32,000 bases of DNA. Origin: Nitrosopumilus cobalaminigenes (GTDB lineage Archaea > Thermoproteota > Nitrososphaeria > Nitrososphaerales > Nitrosopumilaceae). Where the stretch lies: NCBI RefSeq assembly GCF_013407145.1, contig NZ_CP026993.1, positions 828,590 to 860,589 of the forward strand, read 5' to 3'. This document shows positions 23,819-32,000 of the stretch, piece after piece. Position 1 is the first letter of the stretch, and each line of letters starts with the position of its first letter. Made by a program: the position numbers and the translations under genes. The notes below the pieces were generated by a model that had not been told where the DNA came from, did not search any database, and saw only the letters and a list, made by a program, of their open reading frames with translations.

Positions 23819-24910
23819 GTGATTAAGAGTTCTGAGATCAAAAAGATAGTCAACGATTATTCTGATGTGAAAATCGGAGTTCTTGGTAGTCACTCTGCAC
23901 TTGAAATTATGGATGGTGCAAAAGATGAAGATTTCCAAACCAGAGTCTTTTGTCAAAAAGGACGAGAAGGACCTTACCAAAGATTTGGCAGAATTGCTGA
24001 TGAGATTACAGTACTTGATAAATTCAAGGATATGGCATCAGCAAAATATCAAAAAGAATTACGAGATTCAAATACAATCATAGTCCCACATAGATCACTT
24101 ACAGTCTATTTAGGTTACAAAACAATTGAGAACTCGTTCAAAGTTCCAATATTTGGAAATAGAAAACTATTCCAAGCTGAGGAAAGAACGGCAAAAAAAG
24201 GTCAATACTATCTTTTAGAAAAAGCCAGAATAAAATATCCCAAATTATTCAAGGATCCTAAACGAATCAACAAGCCATGTATTGTCAAAGTACAAGAAAA
24301 AAAGAGACCATTAGAAAGAGCATTCTTTACAGTTTCATCTCACAAAGATTATGTACAAAAATCTGAAGAGAAAATAAAACAAGGGGTAATTGCCAGAAAA
24401 GATCTTCAGCAAGCAAGTATTGAAGAATTAGCAATTGGAACATACATGAATTTTAATTTCTTCCACACACCAATTTCAAACCAAGTAGATTTTATTGGGA
24501 TTGAAAGAAGATTACAAACTAACATCCATGATTACAATGCACTTCCAGCAAGGGAACAATTGGAAATAGATATTGATTTACAAAATATTGAAGTAGGTCA
24601 CACACCGGCCAGCATACGAGAGTCACTACTTGAAAAAGTACTCAGAATGGGAGACAAATTTGTTGCAGCAGTCAAAAAAGAATACGCCCCAGGAATCATA
24701 GGGCCATTTTCACTACAAAGTGTAATTACAAAAGATTTGGAATTAATCGTATATGATGTCTCATTAAGAGTTCCAGGGAATCCAATTGTAGCTACAACTA
24801 GCCCATACACAAAATATCAATATGGACAAACATTTGGAGTCGGCAGAAGAATTGCCATGGAGATTAAACGAGCTCAAGAAGAAGACAGACTCGATGAAAT
24901 AGTTACATAG
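23819..24910 (+). CDS. purP: 5-formaminoimidazole-4-carboxamide ribonucleotide (FAICAR) synthetase, archaeal PurP
   Basis: 363 aa ATP-grasp protein. N-terminal KIGVLGSHSALEIMDGAK and the overall PurP pattern. GTG start. Confidence 0.85.
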   Translation: MIKSSEIKKIVNDYSDVKIGVLGSHSALEIMDGAKDEDFQTRVFCQKGREGPYQRFGRIADEITVLDKFKDMASAKYQKELRDSNTIIVPHRSLTVYLGYKTIENSFKVPIFGNRKLFQAEERTAKKGQYYLLEKARIKYPKLFKDPKRINKPCIVKVQEKKRPLERAFFTVSSHKDYVQKSEEKIKQGVIARKDLQQASIEELAIGTYMNFNFFHTPISNQVDFIGIERRLQTNIHDYNALPAREQLEIDIDLQNIEVGHTPASIRESLLEKVLRMGDKFVAAVKKEYAPGIIGPFSLQSVITKDLELIVYDVSLRVPGNPIVATTSPYTKYQYGQTFGVGRRIAMEIKRAQEEDRLDEIVT

Positions 24911-24976
24911 ACAATTTTTAAAATATACTAAAACCAATTTTGAAAAAATACATCAATTTTACAAAAGAAATGAAAA

Positions 24977-25083
24977 GGCGCAAACCCCTAACTGCAGAAC
25001 TATGAGAGATTCCCTCTCGTGGTCAAACGTCTAAACGTTTGATTGCCTTGTTTGTTCTGCGGGGCAGCGCAATCTAATCGCCA
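24977..25083. ncRNA. candidate structured RNA: a GC-rich three-way junction; strand unresolved
   Basis: Closing helix GCGC-AAA-CCCC-TAACT-GCAGAAC (24978-25000) pairs with GTTCTGC-GGGG-CA-GCGC (25054-25070). Hairpin GAGAG-ATTCC-CTCTC at 25004-25018. Perfect 8-bp hairpin TCAAACGT-CTAA-ACGTTTGA at 25023-25042. TTATAAAA (minus sense, 25086-25093) is on one side, and a T-rich run (minus sense) lies beyond 24976 on the other. Confidence 0.45.
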
Positions 25084-25286
25084 GATTTTATAACTAACGA
25101 CATCAATTAGTATAAGACAAATAACTATTTAACATTTAGTATGAATTATTTCAAGAAATATTTCAATATATTGTAAATTATAATCTACCTTAACTAAATA
25201 ACATTTCTGTCTTTTAAACATGAAAGGAATTACCACTAGCAGAAAAAAGATGCCTTGTATTAATACAGAAAAATGAAAATTTGTTC

Positions 25287-25427
25287 ATGGCAAGAAGAGT
25301 CACCATAATGATTGAAAATGATTTGGACAAAAAAATCAGAGCATATCAAGCAAAAAAAATTCAAAAAGAGAATGCCACATTTAGTTATTCCAAAACAGTC
25401 AATGAATTACTAAGAAAAGCAATCTAA
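25287..25427 (+). CDS. mini ribbon-helix-helix (CopG/Arc-like) protein, 46 aa
   Basis: My own translation gives MARRVTIMIENDLDKKIRAYQAKKIQKENATFSYSKTVNELLRKAI. It aligns by eye with the 20759-20914 product (R-I/V-T-V/I..., IQAK, SFS/FSYS). Confidence 0.5.
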   Translation: MARRVTIMIENDLDKKIRAYQAKKIQKENATFSYSKTVNELLRKAI

Positions 25428-25605
25428 CATGCCCAAAAATTTATTTTTGAGAAATACTACAAAATAGTGTTAATTGGTTAGTGTGGGAATATACTGAATA
25501 CCACTCGTTCTAATTTTGAATGATTAAAACGGTTTGACATTCAAAATGGAATGCTGATACCAATTAACAATATCATTCTTTAGAGGCTTGTCTTAACAAT
25601 GAACC

Positions 25606-25866
25606 ATGGGCAGGACGATATTCATCAAAGAAATTATCACCATTCTAAAGGAGCCAAGATTATGCCCCACATGTCAAAAAGAAGACAGACTGGAAAAAGA
25701 CATAGTTAGAGAAGAAAGATCCAGCGGCAAAACAATTCTTTGTTCAAGATGTGAGGCATTAATTGTGATAACAAATCATAATCTTAGTCAAGTGGATTTG
25801 TCATCAACTAAAGATGATACAATTATGTTAAAAGAACCGCATTTGATCAGAAAGGTAGGTTACTGA
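25606..25866 (+). CDS. small zinc-ribbon protein (86 aa)
   Basis: CPTC...CSRC, with a repeated LKEP(R/H)L motif near both ends. Confidence 0.45.
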   Translation: MGRTIFIKEIITILKEPRLCPTCQKEDRLEKDIVREERSSGKTILCSRCEALIVITNHNLSQVDLSSTKDDTIMLKEPHLIRKVGY

Positions 25867-25888
25867 TCATCATTATTTCAAAGTAAAA

Positions 25889-26332
25889 TCATTTCTTTGA
25901 TTTTGAAATGGGTTTTCTTGTAGTTTTGTTTGTGGAATCTTTTTTGTAAATTCGTTTCTTTGTAGCTGATTTCTCTGAAATTGGTTTCTTTGAGAATTGC
26001 ACATCGAATAATCGTTTGTTAATTTTATTTTCTTTGCTATCAGGAGCTAATCTTGTAGATAACAAGCCTTTTTTATCTTCTAACAACATAGCGATAATGC
26101 GAGGTCTAATGTATCTAGCAACTTCCCATTCTTTCAAACCAGCATTTCGGCATTCTTCTTTGATTATTAGACCAGCTAAACCATGACTCCAAATGTGACG
26201 TTTGGTATCATATACTTCAATGACTTTACCATGTTTAGTGATTTTGATTGCCCCATGACATCTTTGAATTATTTGTTCAGATACTCGTTGATAGATTTTT
26301 TCAAAATTTGCCAATACTGTAGTGAAAATCAA
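25889..26332 (-). CDS. hypothetical protein (147 aa) with a Lys-rich C-terminal tail; TTG start uncertain
   Basis: ORF-track entry. No family recognised. Confidence 0.5.
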   Translation of the reverse strand: MIFTTVLANFEKIYQRVSEQIIQRCHGAIKITKHGKVIEVYDTKRHIWSHGLAGLIIKEECRNAGLKEWEVARYIRPRIIAMLLEDKKGLLSTRLAPDSKENKINKRLFDVQFSKKPISEKSATKKRIYKKDSTNKTTRKPISKSKK

Positions 26333-26475
26333 TCATGAGAAAAACGTTCTCATTTTTCATATGGAATGAAAATATATCCTAGAGAATATGAGTAAAAATG
26401 CTGATGATTATTCAACCTTCTAAGCTATACTGATAGATGATGAATTTGCCGAATTATGAAGCGTGTTTTATTTAA

Positions 26476-26868
26476 TCATATTTGACGTTCGCTGACATTT
26501 ATCGTCATAGATAATGGTGGTGATAACGCTGAAGGATTGTCAATACTTTCCCAAACATATACCTGAATTTGATATGTTCCAGGTTCAGTAGGTATCCAGG
26601 ATTGTGTAGGAGAAAATGACTGTCTAGGAGATAACGAGCCAGTCAGCCAAGATAAAGAAATTACAACATTGTCATCATTTCTCACCTGAGTGATATATGC
26701 AAAAGTTTGCTGTGTGTCTTGATTGTTTGAAATATCAGCCATTATCATGATTTGTTCATCAACAAAATGGATTTTATCTTCTGATGTAGTTTGTGCAGTT
26801 ATGGGAGCCGCATATGCCATGCCCATTCCAGATATAATGACAAGTAAAGAAAGTAGTAGAATTTTCAT
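26476..26868 (-). CDS. secreted protein (130 aa) with signal peptide, Ig-like beta domain suspected
   Basis: Signal peptide MKILLLSLLVIISGMGMAYA, followed by the pattern PGTYQIQVYVWESIDNPSALSPPLSMTINV. Confidence 0.65.
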   Translation of the reverse strand: MKILLLSLLVIISGMGMAYAAPITAQTTSEDKIHFVDEQIMIMADISNNQDTQQTFAYITQVRNDDNVVISLSWLTGSLSPRQSFSPTQSWIPTEPGTYQIQVYVWESIDNPSALSPPLSMTINVSERQI

Positions 26869-26904
26869 AACCAGTATTATTAGGATGTCTATTTAATCTA
26901 GCTA

Positions 26905-27111
26905 ATGGGCGATGAACTACCTGAAAATTTTCCAGAATTTTCAATAATGTACAAGACACTAACAAAACAAATCAAAATTCTCCAAGAATCATTAGAAGGA
27001 AAACAGGGCAAAGAAAAAGAAGAGATTCGATTAAAAATTCGTAACTATGAATTAGAAATTATAAAAATAAAGAAAAAATTTCCAGACAATTTTTTTGAAG
27101 AATTAAGTTGA
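26905..27111 (+). CDS. hypothetical coiled-coil-like small protein (68 aa)
   Basis: ORF-track entry, K/E-rich heptad-like sequence. Confidence 0.4.
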   Translation: MGDELPENFPEFSIMYKTLTKQIKILQESLEGKQGKEKEEIRLKIRNYELEIIKIKKKFPDNFFEELS

Positions 27112-27330
27112 TTATTCATGTGCGTGGTCATGGCCACAATCACAAGAATGATCATCACCTTTCATAGACATTAATTTTTGAACCATCTCATCACGAATTT
27201 TCAATAAATCTCCAACCTGCTCTTTCATAGATATTGAATCCCAATTTCCCTGATGTAGTTCTCTTACAACATCAATAATTTCAAGGTCAACATTGAGTAA
27301 ATTATCCATTAGTTGCTCTTGTTCATTCAT
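27112..27330 (-). CDS. small protein (72 aa) with a His/Cys-rich C-terminal metal-binding tail
   Basis: The C-terminus is GDDHSCDCGHDHAHE. Lies downstream of, and co-oriented with, the BFN nuclease gene. Confidence 0.5.
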   Translation of the reverse strand: MNEQEQLMDNLLNVDLEIIDVVRELHQGNWDSISMKEQVGDLLKIRDEMVQKLMSMKGDDHSCDCGHDHAHE

Positions 27331-27390
27331 GAAATTTCACCATCACACTAGAAGAAAAACCATTCGAATTAAAAATAGTCAAATGTATAA

Positions 27391-27831
27391 CTATTCTGCC
27401 TCTACACTTTCTTTGAGAAGATTTTTCCTAACAAGGATTGGAATTTTGTAAAATGCCCCCAAAGCCATTGCATCAGATGCACGATAATTTCTCAAAACAA
27501 GGTCAGTTTTACCTGTAAAGTATAGATTTGCACGTAACACCTCACCGCTTTCATAAATTTTCACTTTGACCAATACCAGTTCGCTTTGCTCACAAATCTC
27601 TTCAATCATTTTGTAAATTGACGGAGGTGCCTCACCTTGAGTTTCACTAAAACTTGAGATGTGTTTTGCAACTTCACCAGAAAATGCACGCATATGGAAT
27701 TCTTTTCCATTATCTGCCTTTAGAACAACCATTCCTTCAACAGCGTAAGGATCAACAAATCCGACATAATTGATTTTTACAGAGTCATAATCAGGCTCTT
27801 GTGCTTGATCGATTTCCATTGTATTACGCAT
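27391..27831 (-). CDS. bifunctional nuclease (BFN/DUF151) family protein
   Basis: VVLKADNGKEFHMRAFSGEVAKHISSF...PPSIYKMIEEI...LVKVKIYESGEVLRANLYF...RASDAMALGAFYKIPILV follows the DUF151 pattern. Confidence 0.7.
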   Translation of the reverse strand: MRNTMEIDQAQEPDYDSVKINYVGFVDPYAVEGMVVLKADNGKEFHMRAFSGEVAKHISSFSETQGEAPPSIYKMIEEICEQSELVLVKVKIYESGEVLRANLYFTGKTDLVLRNYRASDAMALGAFYKIPILVRKNLLKESVEAE

Positions 27832-27969
27832 AAACTTCCTCTTTAGTGCTTATAAAGATAGCAAAAATTACAGATCAATATCTGTAAAATAAAAGGGTAA
27901 ATTATTTTTAGACGATCAAGATTCACGCGTAACCCCAAATTATTTAAAATCCCCAACTAAGGTAGCTTC

Positions 27970-29808
27970 ATGTCAACAAATCCAGAACGTGCTGTATCAT
28001 ATGTTCTAAACAAGTATGTTACAAACTACATGGACAAAGACGTTCTGATACTTGGAAAAAATACACAAACAAGAGAAGCTGCAAGAATGTTACGTCACTA
28101 TGAGACAGACGACATCATAGTTACAGATGAAAATAATCTCCCTGTAGGAATTGTTACAGACGAAGATATTCTAAGTAAAGTAAGTGATGTTACAGTGTAC
28201 GCAGAAGCTACAACATTAAAAGACATTATGAGTGCCCCATTAATTACAATAAATGAAAAATCAACTTTACAAGATGCTTTACACATAATGAGAGATAACA
28301 ATATTAGAAAACTTCCAGTAATCTCAAAGAAAAATCAAGTCGTTGGGATGATTTTCCAAACAGTGATTGCAAATGTAATCAGAGATGCAACAGCTACTGC
28401 TCCTCGTCTTCTCAGTCCACCAGTAAAAGCGGTTTTAGGTAATCTGGGATTTGTGTTACAATTTGCAGGAGTGCTACTTTTGGTACCAGCAATTGTTGCA
28501 ACAGTGTTAGAAGATACACTAACTGCTACTGGAATTTACCTTACTACGGTTCTTTTACTCGTTACTGGATTTTTCCTCAATTCTTATGGTGAAAAATCTA
28601 GTCTAAATCTCCAACAGGCGTCAATTTTGGTATTTTCAAGCCTGTTTTTGCTGTCATTATTTGGAACAGTTCCATATCTGTATGTATTTCCAAGTGATGA
28701 AACAAGTTTCGAGGTATTTGGTAATGCATTCTTTTCAAGTGCTGCAGGATTTACCACAGGAGGAATATCATTATTTGATGAACCTGAAGAACTAACTCGG
28801 AGTTTCACATTTTTCCGAAGTTATACCCAACTAGTGGGAGGAATGAGTTTCATTTATCTGGTAATTACCGCATTTTATCCAGAATCAAAATTACAATCAA
28901 TGCGTGGTTTTATTTCTGGAAGAACATTACACATGAAAGAATTATTCTTAACCATTACAGTCATCTTTGCAATCTACATTGTCATTGTAGCATTTCTGCT
29001 ACACATATTTGGAGAAGGAGATATCATAGATATTTTCTCGTTATCTATGATAGATAATTTTTCATTGGCAATGAGTACATTAGCAACTGGTGGATTTACA
29101 CCAACATCAACAATTTTAGATGATTTGGTATGGCAAGAACACATCATCTTAATGGGTGCAATGATTCTAGGAGCATTACCATTTACGTTCCATTATGCAT
29201 TTGTAAGAAAAAAATTCCTATCGCCAAAACTTGGAAAAGAAGTTTTAACATATTTTGCAATTTTAGGAAGTGCAACTGTTTTGTTCTTAGGAGTAAGCGG
29301 ATTAGATCCAATGCAGAGTGCATTTTATTCAGTATCAGCAAGCACTACAGCAGGACTTCAAATCGATAGTCTTGCGGGATTAAACGGTGGTGCACATACA
29401 ATCTTGATAATTCTAATGTTCATTGGAGGATGTGGATTTTCAACAACAGGAGGTTTGAAAATATTCAGACTATTCCATCTAAAAGATCTTAAATCTTTAC
29501 TTAGTAAAGCAAGAAGAGCAGAACTATCATCACAATCAAAAAAAGAGATAATTTCAACTCTTATCATCATAGCACTATTTCCCACAATTTCAGCAATCAC
29601 AGGGGTACATCTAGCAGCAATAGAAGATGTTCCATTTCAAGATGCATTTTTTGAAGCAGCTGGCGTCATTACCACAGGAGGGCTCTCTGCAGGAGTGATT
29701 GATTTTGATACAGATCCTGCAACAAAGATTGTTTTGGGATTCTTGATGATTTTTGGAAGATTGGAGATAATTGCAATCATCTACATCTTTGTTCCTAGAC
29801 TAAGCTAA
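27970..29808 (+). CDS. TrkH/KtrB-family cation (K+) transporter with an N-terminal CBS-pair domain
   Basis: The first ~150 aa form two CBS motifs (IIVTDENNLPVGIVTDEDIL; IRKLPVISKKNQVVGMI). The membrane part carries the repeated pore-loop glycine motifs TTGGISLF, ATGGFTPT, STTAGLQ, STTGGLKIF and TTGGLSAG. Confidence 0.8.
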   Translation: MSTNPERAVSYVLNKYVTNYMDKDVLILGKNTQTREAARMLRHYETDDIIVTDENNLPVGIVTDEDILSKVSDVTVYAEATTLKDIMSAPLITINEKSTLQDALHIMRDNNIRKLPVISKKNQVVGMIFQTVIANVIRDATATAPRLLSPPVKAVLGNLGFVLQFAGVLLLVPAIVATVLEDTLTATGIYLTTVLLLVTGFFLNSYGEKSSLNLQQASILVFSSLFLLSLFGTVPYLYVFPSDETSFEVFGNAFFSSAAGFTTGGISLFDEPEELTRSFTFFRSYTQLVGGMSFIYLVITAFYPESKLQSMRGFISGRTLHMKELFLTITVIFAIYIVIVAFLLHIFGEGDIIDIFSLSMIDNFSLAMSTLATGGFTPTSTILDDLVWQEHIILMGAMILGALPFTFHYAFVRKKFLSPKLGKEVLTYFAILGSATVLFLGVSGLDPMQSAFYSVSASTTAGLQIDSLAGLNGGAHTILIILMFIGGCGFSTTGGLKIFRLFHLKDLKSLLSKARRAELSSQSKKEIISTLIIIALFPTISAITGVHLAAIEDVPFQDAFFEAAGVITTGGLSAGVIDFDTDPATKIVLGFLMIFGRLEIIAIIYIFVPRLS

Positions 29809-30097
29809 AATTGTGCCATTTTTCAAATCAATATTTCATTTTAGGAACAGGTTTTGAGGCTAAAATTGTGTAACAGATCTAACTGACGTATGCTTATCAA
29901 TACAATTTACTACAGATAGTACATGAGCATTCTAGAAGAAACAAGTCAGGATTTTGTATTTTTACAGGATATGACAAAACATGTCTTAAAAGAAATCAAA
30001 GAGTCTCTCAATACTCAATAAGCCATTAAAGTATAGACAAAATCATCATCAAATCCATTAGAATAGAATTTAATGTCGTAGTAAAAAATTCCAAATT

Positions 30098-30925
30098 GTG
30101 GAAACTAGCGTCAATAAAAGCACCAATCAAGGAAAAAAATTAATCATTTTAGGATTTGGCACTATAGCAGTTTTATTTTTGATGTATGGACGATATCAAG
30201 ATCCTGAACTTTTGACTCCAAGTGCAATTGATTCAATTCAAAGAATTGCTTATGGGTTTTACATTGTTTTACTAGCATCATTTGGAGCCATTGCATTTGG
30301 AATCTACAGGTATCATAGAGAAAAAGTTGAAAACAAAGGTAAAGATCTTTCTACAATTATTGCACTTACAACATGGAATTCTAAATCAAGGAAAATATTT
30401 GTTGCAACATTTATCGGATATGGGATATTCTTTTCCCTAATTTCTGGAACTCTAGTGTATCAACCAGAAGTAGATTTTTCATATCATTATGGGGCTAAAA
30501 TTCCATCAGGATTTGTAGCTCCATGTTGTGATGGACCAGGATACATGCCTCAAATAATTATTTATCTTACAGAACACATAGGATTGAATGTAATTCCAGT
30601 TAACTTGGTGTTACAAGTAATTGTATCATATTTGGTAGGATTAAACGCAGCAATTGCAGTAAACGCATATACAATTTCTAAAAAAGGCAGAGGAGCAAGC
30701 AGTATAGGGGCTGCAGCTGGTTTATTCATTGCTTGTCCTACATGTGCTGGAACATTTTTGTCAGTGTTTATCGGAACAGCAAGTGGAATTGCATTATCAA
30801 TTGCACTAACACAATTACAGACATTTTTTATTGCCATATCAATTCCAGTTCTACTCATTACACCATACATCATGGCAAAGAAATTAAGAAATGATGATGG
30901 CAGTTGTAAAATTAGCCCAAGTTAA
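30098..30925 (+). CDS. polytopic membrane protein (275 aa) with CC and CPTC cysteine motifs; GTG start
   Basis: It has several hydrophobic spans, APCCDGPGY in a loop, and FIACPTCAGTF inside a helix. No family recognised. Confidence 0.6.
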   Translation: METSVNKSTNQGKKLIILGFGTIAVLFLMYGRYQDPELLTPSAIDSIQRIAYGFYIVLLASFGAIAFGIYRYHREKVENKGKDLSTIIALTTWNSKSRKIFVATFIGYGIFFSLISGTLVYQPEVDFSYHYGAKIPSGFVAPCCDGPGYMPQIIIYLTEHIGLNVIPVNLVLQVIVSYLVGLNAAIAVNAYTISKKGRGASSIGAAAGLFIACPTCAGTFLSVFIGTASGIALSIALTQLQTFFIAISIPVLLITPYIMAKKLRNDDGSCKISPS

Positions 30926-31170
30926 AATTTTTTTACTTCAGGTATTTTGTGATTCCCAATGTCATAACCATCACGACGTAAAAATTTGAGCGTGAGTTTG
31001 TAAACAATTTCATCATGATCGACTTTTTCTAAAATTTCACTCCATAGAACCTTGCCATTATCTTCAATGTGTTTTTTAAAATCAGGGTTCAGGGATTCTG
31101 CCATGTCTCTGCATTGATCAAAGGTTTTTCCATTTTTGTAAGCACGTACACGCCTATCACAACTATCCAT
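30922..31170 (-). CDS. hypothetical protein (82 aa)
   Basis: ORF-track entry with a plausible globular composition. Confidence 0.45.
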   Translation of the reverse strand: MDSCDRRVRAYKNGKTFDQCRDMAESLNPDFKKHIEDNGKVLWSEILEKVDHDEIVYKLTLKFLRRDGYDIGNHKIPEVKKF

Positions 31171-31247
31171 AGGACTATTTTATCAAAATTGTAAATAAAC
31201 TTAGATTGAAGGATTTCAAACAAATACTAGGATACAGTGTATAAAAC

Positions 31248-31481
31248 ATGGCAATCAAATCTACTGAAGAGTACATTGATTTTTTCACAAATTTGAATAT
31301 GGGGGAAAATGTCCCACTGTTAAGTTTTGTAAATAATGAAAGAATGGTATTAAAACAAAAATTAGAATACAAAAACTTGGAAAAAGAACCCATACAAAAG
31401 GGGATTGGAATTCTAGAAGACCTAGTAACAGAGATTAATGAGATTGGAGAGAAAGCAGTACTAGAAAAATATCAAAAATAA
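31248..31481 (+). CDS. hypothetical protein (77 aa)
   Basis: ORF-track entry. The antisense alternative 31175-31393 looks spurious (F/L/S/C-rich). Confidence 0.45.
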   Translation: MAIKSTEEYIDFFTNLNMGENVPLLSFVNNERMVLKQKLEYKNLEKEPIQKGIGILEDLVTEINEIGEKAVLEKYQK

Positions 31482-31497
31482 AATCTAGGAGAAAATT

Positions 31498-32000
31498 ATG
31501 GATAAAAATTCAGAAATTATTAAAACAGAAATTATCAGAGTATTAAATGAAAACGGGAAAATCAGGGGGACAGAATTAGCAAAAAGAGTAATAGAAAAAG
31601 TAGGTAATGAAAAAATTGTCTATAGGGAAATTAGTGCTCTAGTTGAAGCAGGAGAGATTGACAAAAAAGTACACAGTAGATCACATATTGAATACGAGTT
31701 GATCAACTTGTCTGAATCAGTAAACAGTCAACTCAAAAATTTACATAAAGAAGTAGAAATGATATATGAAGAAATATCAAATTTTGAAAAAATGGTCAAA
31801 GAAGAGAAATTCTCATTTCATGAAAGACTACGCTCAATAATTCATCAAATACACATCATTCAATCAACTGATGGAATAATGAAATTATTATCATATTATC
31901 CTGCATTTAGAAAAGACCAAATGTATTCTCAAATAACTAGAAAAATCAATGATTGTTGGGAATCAATTATGAATAGTATCATGCATCAAGAAGAGGGGGA
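31498..32000 (+). CDS. putative winged-helix DNA-binding protein, 3' end outside the window
   Basis: The frame is open from ATG 31498 to the window edge and is not in the track because it has no stop. The N-terminus IIRVLNENGKIRGTELAKRV...IVYREISALVEAGEI looks like a wHTH. Confidence 0.5.
   Translation, partial: MDKNSEIIKTEIIRVLNENGKIRGTELAKRVIEKVGNEKIVYREISALVEAGEIDKKVHSRSHIEYELINLSESVNSQLKNLHKEVEMIYEEISNFEKMVKEEKFSFHERLRSIIHQIHIIQSTDGIMKLLSYYPAFRKDQMYSQITRKINDCWESIMNSIMHQEEG

Noticed and set aside
26402-26460. C/D-box sRNA-like arrangement: TGATGA (26402), CTGA (26430), TGATGA (26438), then TGAA (26457)
   Set aside because: The first guide spacer is 22 nt instead of the tightly conserved ~12 nt. 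The terminal D box is TGAA rather than CTGA. The terminal stem is poor. TGATGA is common by chance in AT-rich sequence.
29803-29870. 12-bp direct repeat GCTAAAATTGTG at 29804 and 29859, just after the TrkH stop
   Set aside because: A repeated 12-mer is expected by chance many times in 32 kb of biased composition. It has no additional structure or flanking similarity.
1-32000. Alternative genetic code or stop-codon reassignment as an explanation for the in-frame stops at 20555 and 20759 and for the micro-ORF island
   Set aside because: TGA, TAA and TAG each terminate well-conserved genes at the expected length: S19 and S3 with TGA, L14 and L5 with TAA, L22 with TAG. The standard code therefore applies.

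Overview
Strongly AT-rich archaeal window. The gene content points to a marine ammonia-oxidising thaumarchaeon (Nitrosopumilus-like): an archaeal ribosomal protein cluster containing eS4 and the RNase P protein Rpp29, and archaeal-type purP. That assignment is an inference from content, not a database hit.

Layout:
- 1-5427: tightly coupled ribosomal protein operon (S19 partial, L22, S3, L29, Rpp29, S17, L14, L24, S4e, L5, S14, S8, L6). It breaks off after L6.
- 5443-5875: a 95-aa orphan gene, then tRNA-Asn(GTT).
- 5.88-10.36 kb: the accessory-looking part. It holds small Zn-ribbon and membrane ORFs, a 1.27-kb ORF-poor stretch of micro-ORFs punctuated by C6-7 tracts, a 3 x 10-bp tandem repeat, a C7/G6 inverted repeat, imperfect direct repeats flanking a secreted-protein gene, and a Lys/Ala/Pro-rich histone-H1-tail-like protein.
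- A 30-nt palindromic element occurs four times in this segment, always in the same orientation. I saw no copy elsewhere in the window.
- 10.4-32 kb: mostly housekeeping genes (purC, purF, purL, purQ, purS, purP, tatC, tatA, ubiX, and PPOX-like, DHFR-like, DUF427, SRPBCC, ArsR-like and BFN nuclease genes, plus a CBS-TrkH fusion), interspersed with many small orphan ORFs.

The ORF track has a 60-aa floor and so misses several features: ribosomal protein S14, two paralogous mini ribbon-helix-helix genes, an ATGA-overlapping micro-ORF pair, a DnaJ-type zinc-finger micro-ORF and a 44-aa poly-Lys ORF.

Two candidate structured RNAs stand out:
- a GC-rich three-way-junction element at 24977-25083;
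- nested inverted repeats at 25469-25568.

I found no CRISPR array, cas gene, transposase, integrase, or recognisable defence or toxin domain.

All family calls come from motifs I recognise in the translations. No searches were run.
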